From assembly GCA_026707335.1 (NCBI GenBank), contig JAPOXB010000054.1:1-38805 (forward strand): a stretch of DNA of 38,805 bases, in the 5' to 3' direction. Numbering within the stretch: position 1 is the first letter of the stretch; every line of letters starts with the position of its first letter. This document shows positions 38,710 through 38,805 of this stretch, piece after piece. The DNA comes from Chloroflexota bacterium. Its GTDB lineage: Bacteria > Chloroflexota > Dehalococcoidia > Bin125. The position numbers were made by a program, and so were the translations under genes. The notes beneath the pieces were generated by a model, which had not been told where the DNA came from, made no database searches, and saw only the letters and a program-made list of their open reading frames with translations.

Positions 38710-38805
38710 CTAGCGGATGTTGCGCAGGCGCGGGTCGAAGGCGTCGCGGACGCCGTCGCCGACGAAGTTGAAGGCCATCACGAGCAGGATGATCGCGATC
38801 GCCGG
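38710..38805 (-). CDS. Peptide ABC transporter permease (DppC/OppC-like), C-terminal fragment at the window edge
   Basis: Translated by hand: [31 protein letters not shown], the typical OppC/DppC C-terminus. Confidence 0.88.
   Translation of the reverse strand, partial: PAIAIILLVMAFNFVGDGVRDAFDPRLRNIR

Overview
Very GC-rich bacterial chromosomal segment, probably Chloroflexota/Dehalococcoidia-like (inferred from gene content and protein style). It is mostly housekeeping, in this order: dnaE; two convergent MoxR AAA+/DUF58 operons (one Bat-like vWA/TPR, one with a transglutaminase-like membrane protein); two tandem M23 lipoproteins; a CIRCE-controlled hrcA-grpE-dnaK-dnaJ-prmA-rsmE operon; a FabF-like protein; an MBL-fold protein; rho; transaldolase; pyrG; a ThiS/MoaD-like protein; an M16 peptidase; and a CitE / acyl-CoA dehydrogenase / MaoC cluster. 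The most notable signal is at the right end. Two divergent, compositionally atypical DUF3800-family genes (34036-34890 and 37895-38530) are each followed directly after the stop codon by a ~70-nt structured element. Both elements fold better on the minus strand (G-U pairs, and a GNRA loop in the first), each has its own sigma70-like promoter pointing back at the gene, and they share a CGGCGAAA core. This suggests a two-component nuclease-fold protein plus small RNA system present twice. The first copy also has an in-frame TGA in a likely N-terminal extension, an adjacent ~160-nt multi-hairpin element and imperfect flanking inverted repeats. Several other proteins (TGase-like, FabF-like, CitE-like, MBL-fold) appear to have lost catalytic residues. 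All structure and promoter calls were made by eye.
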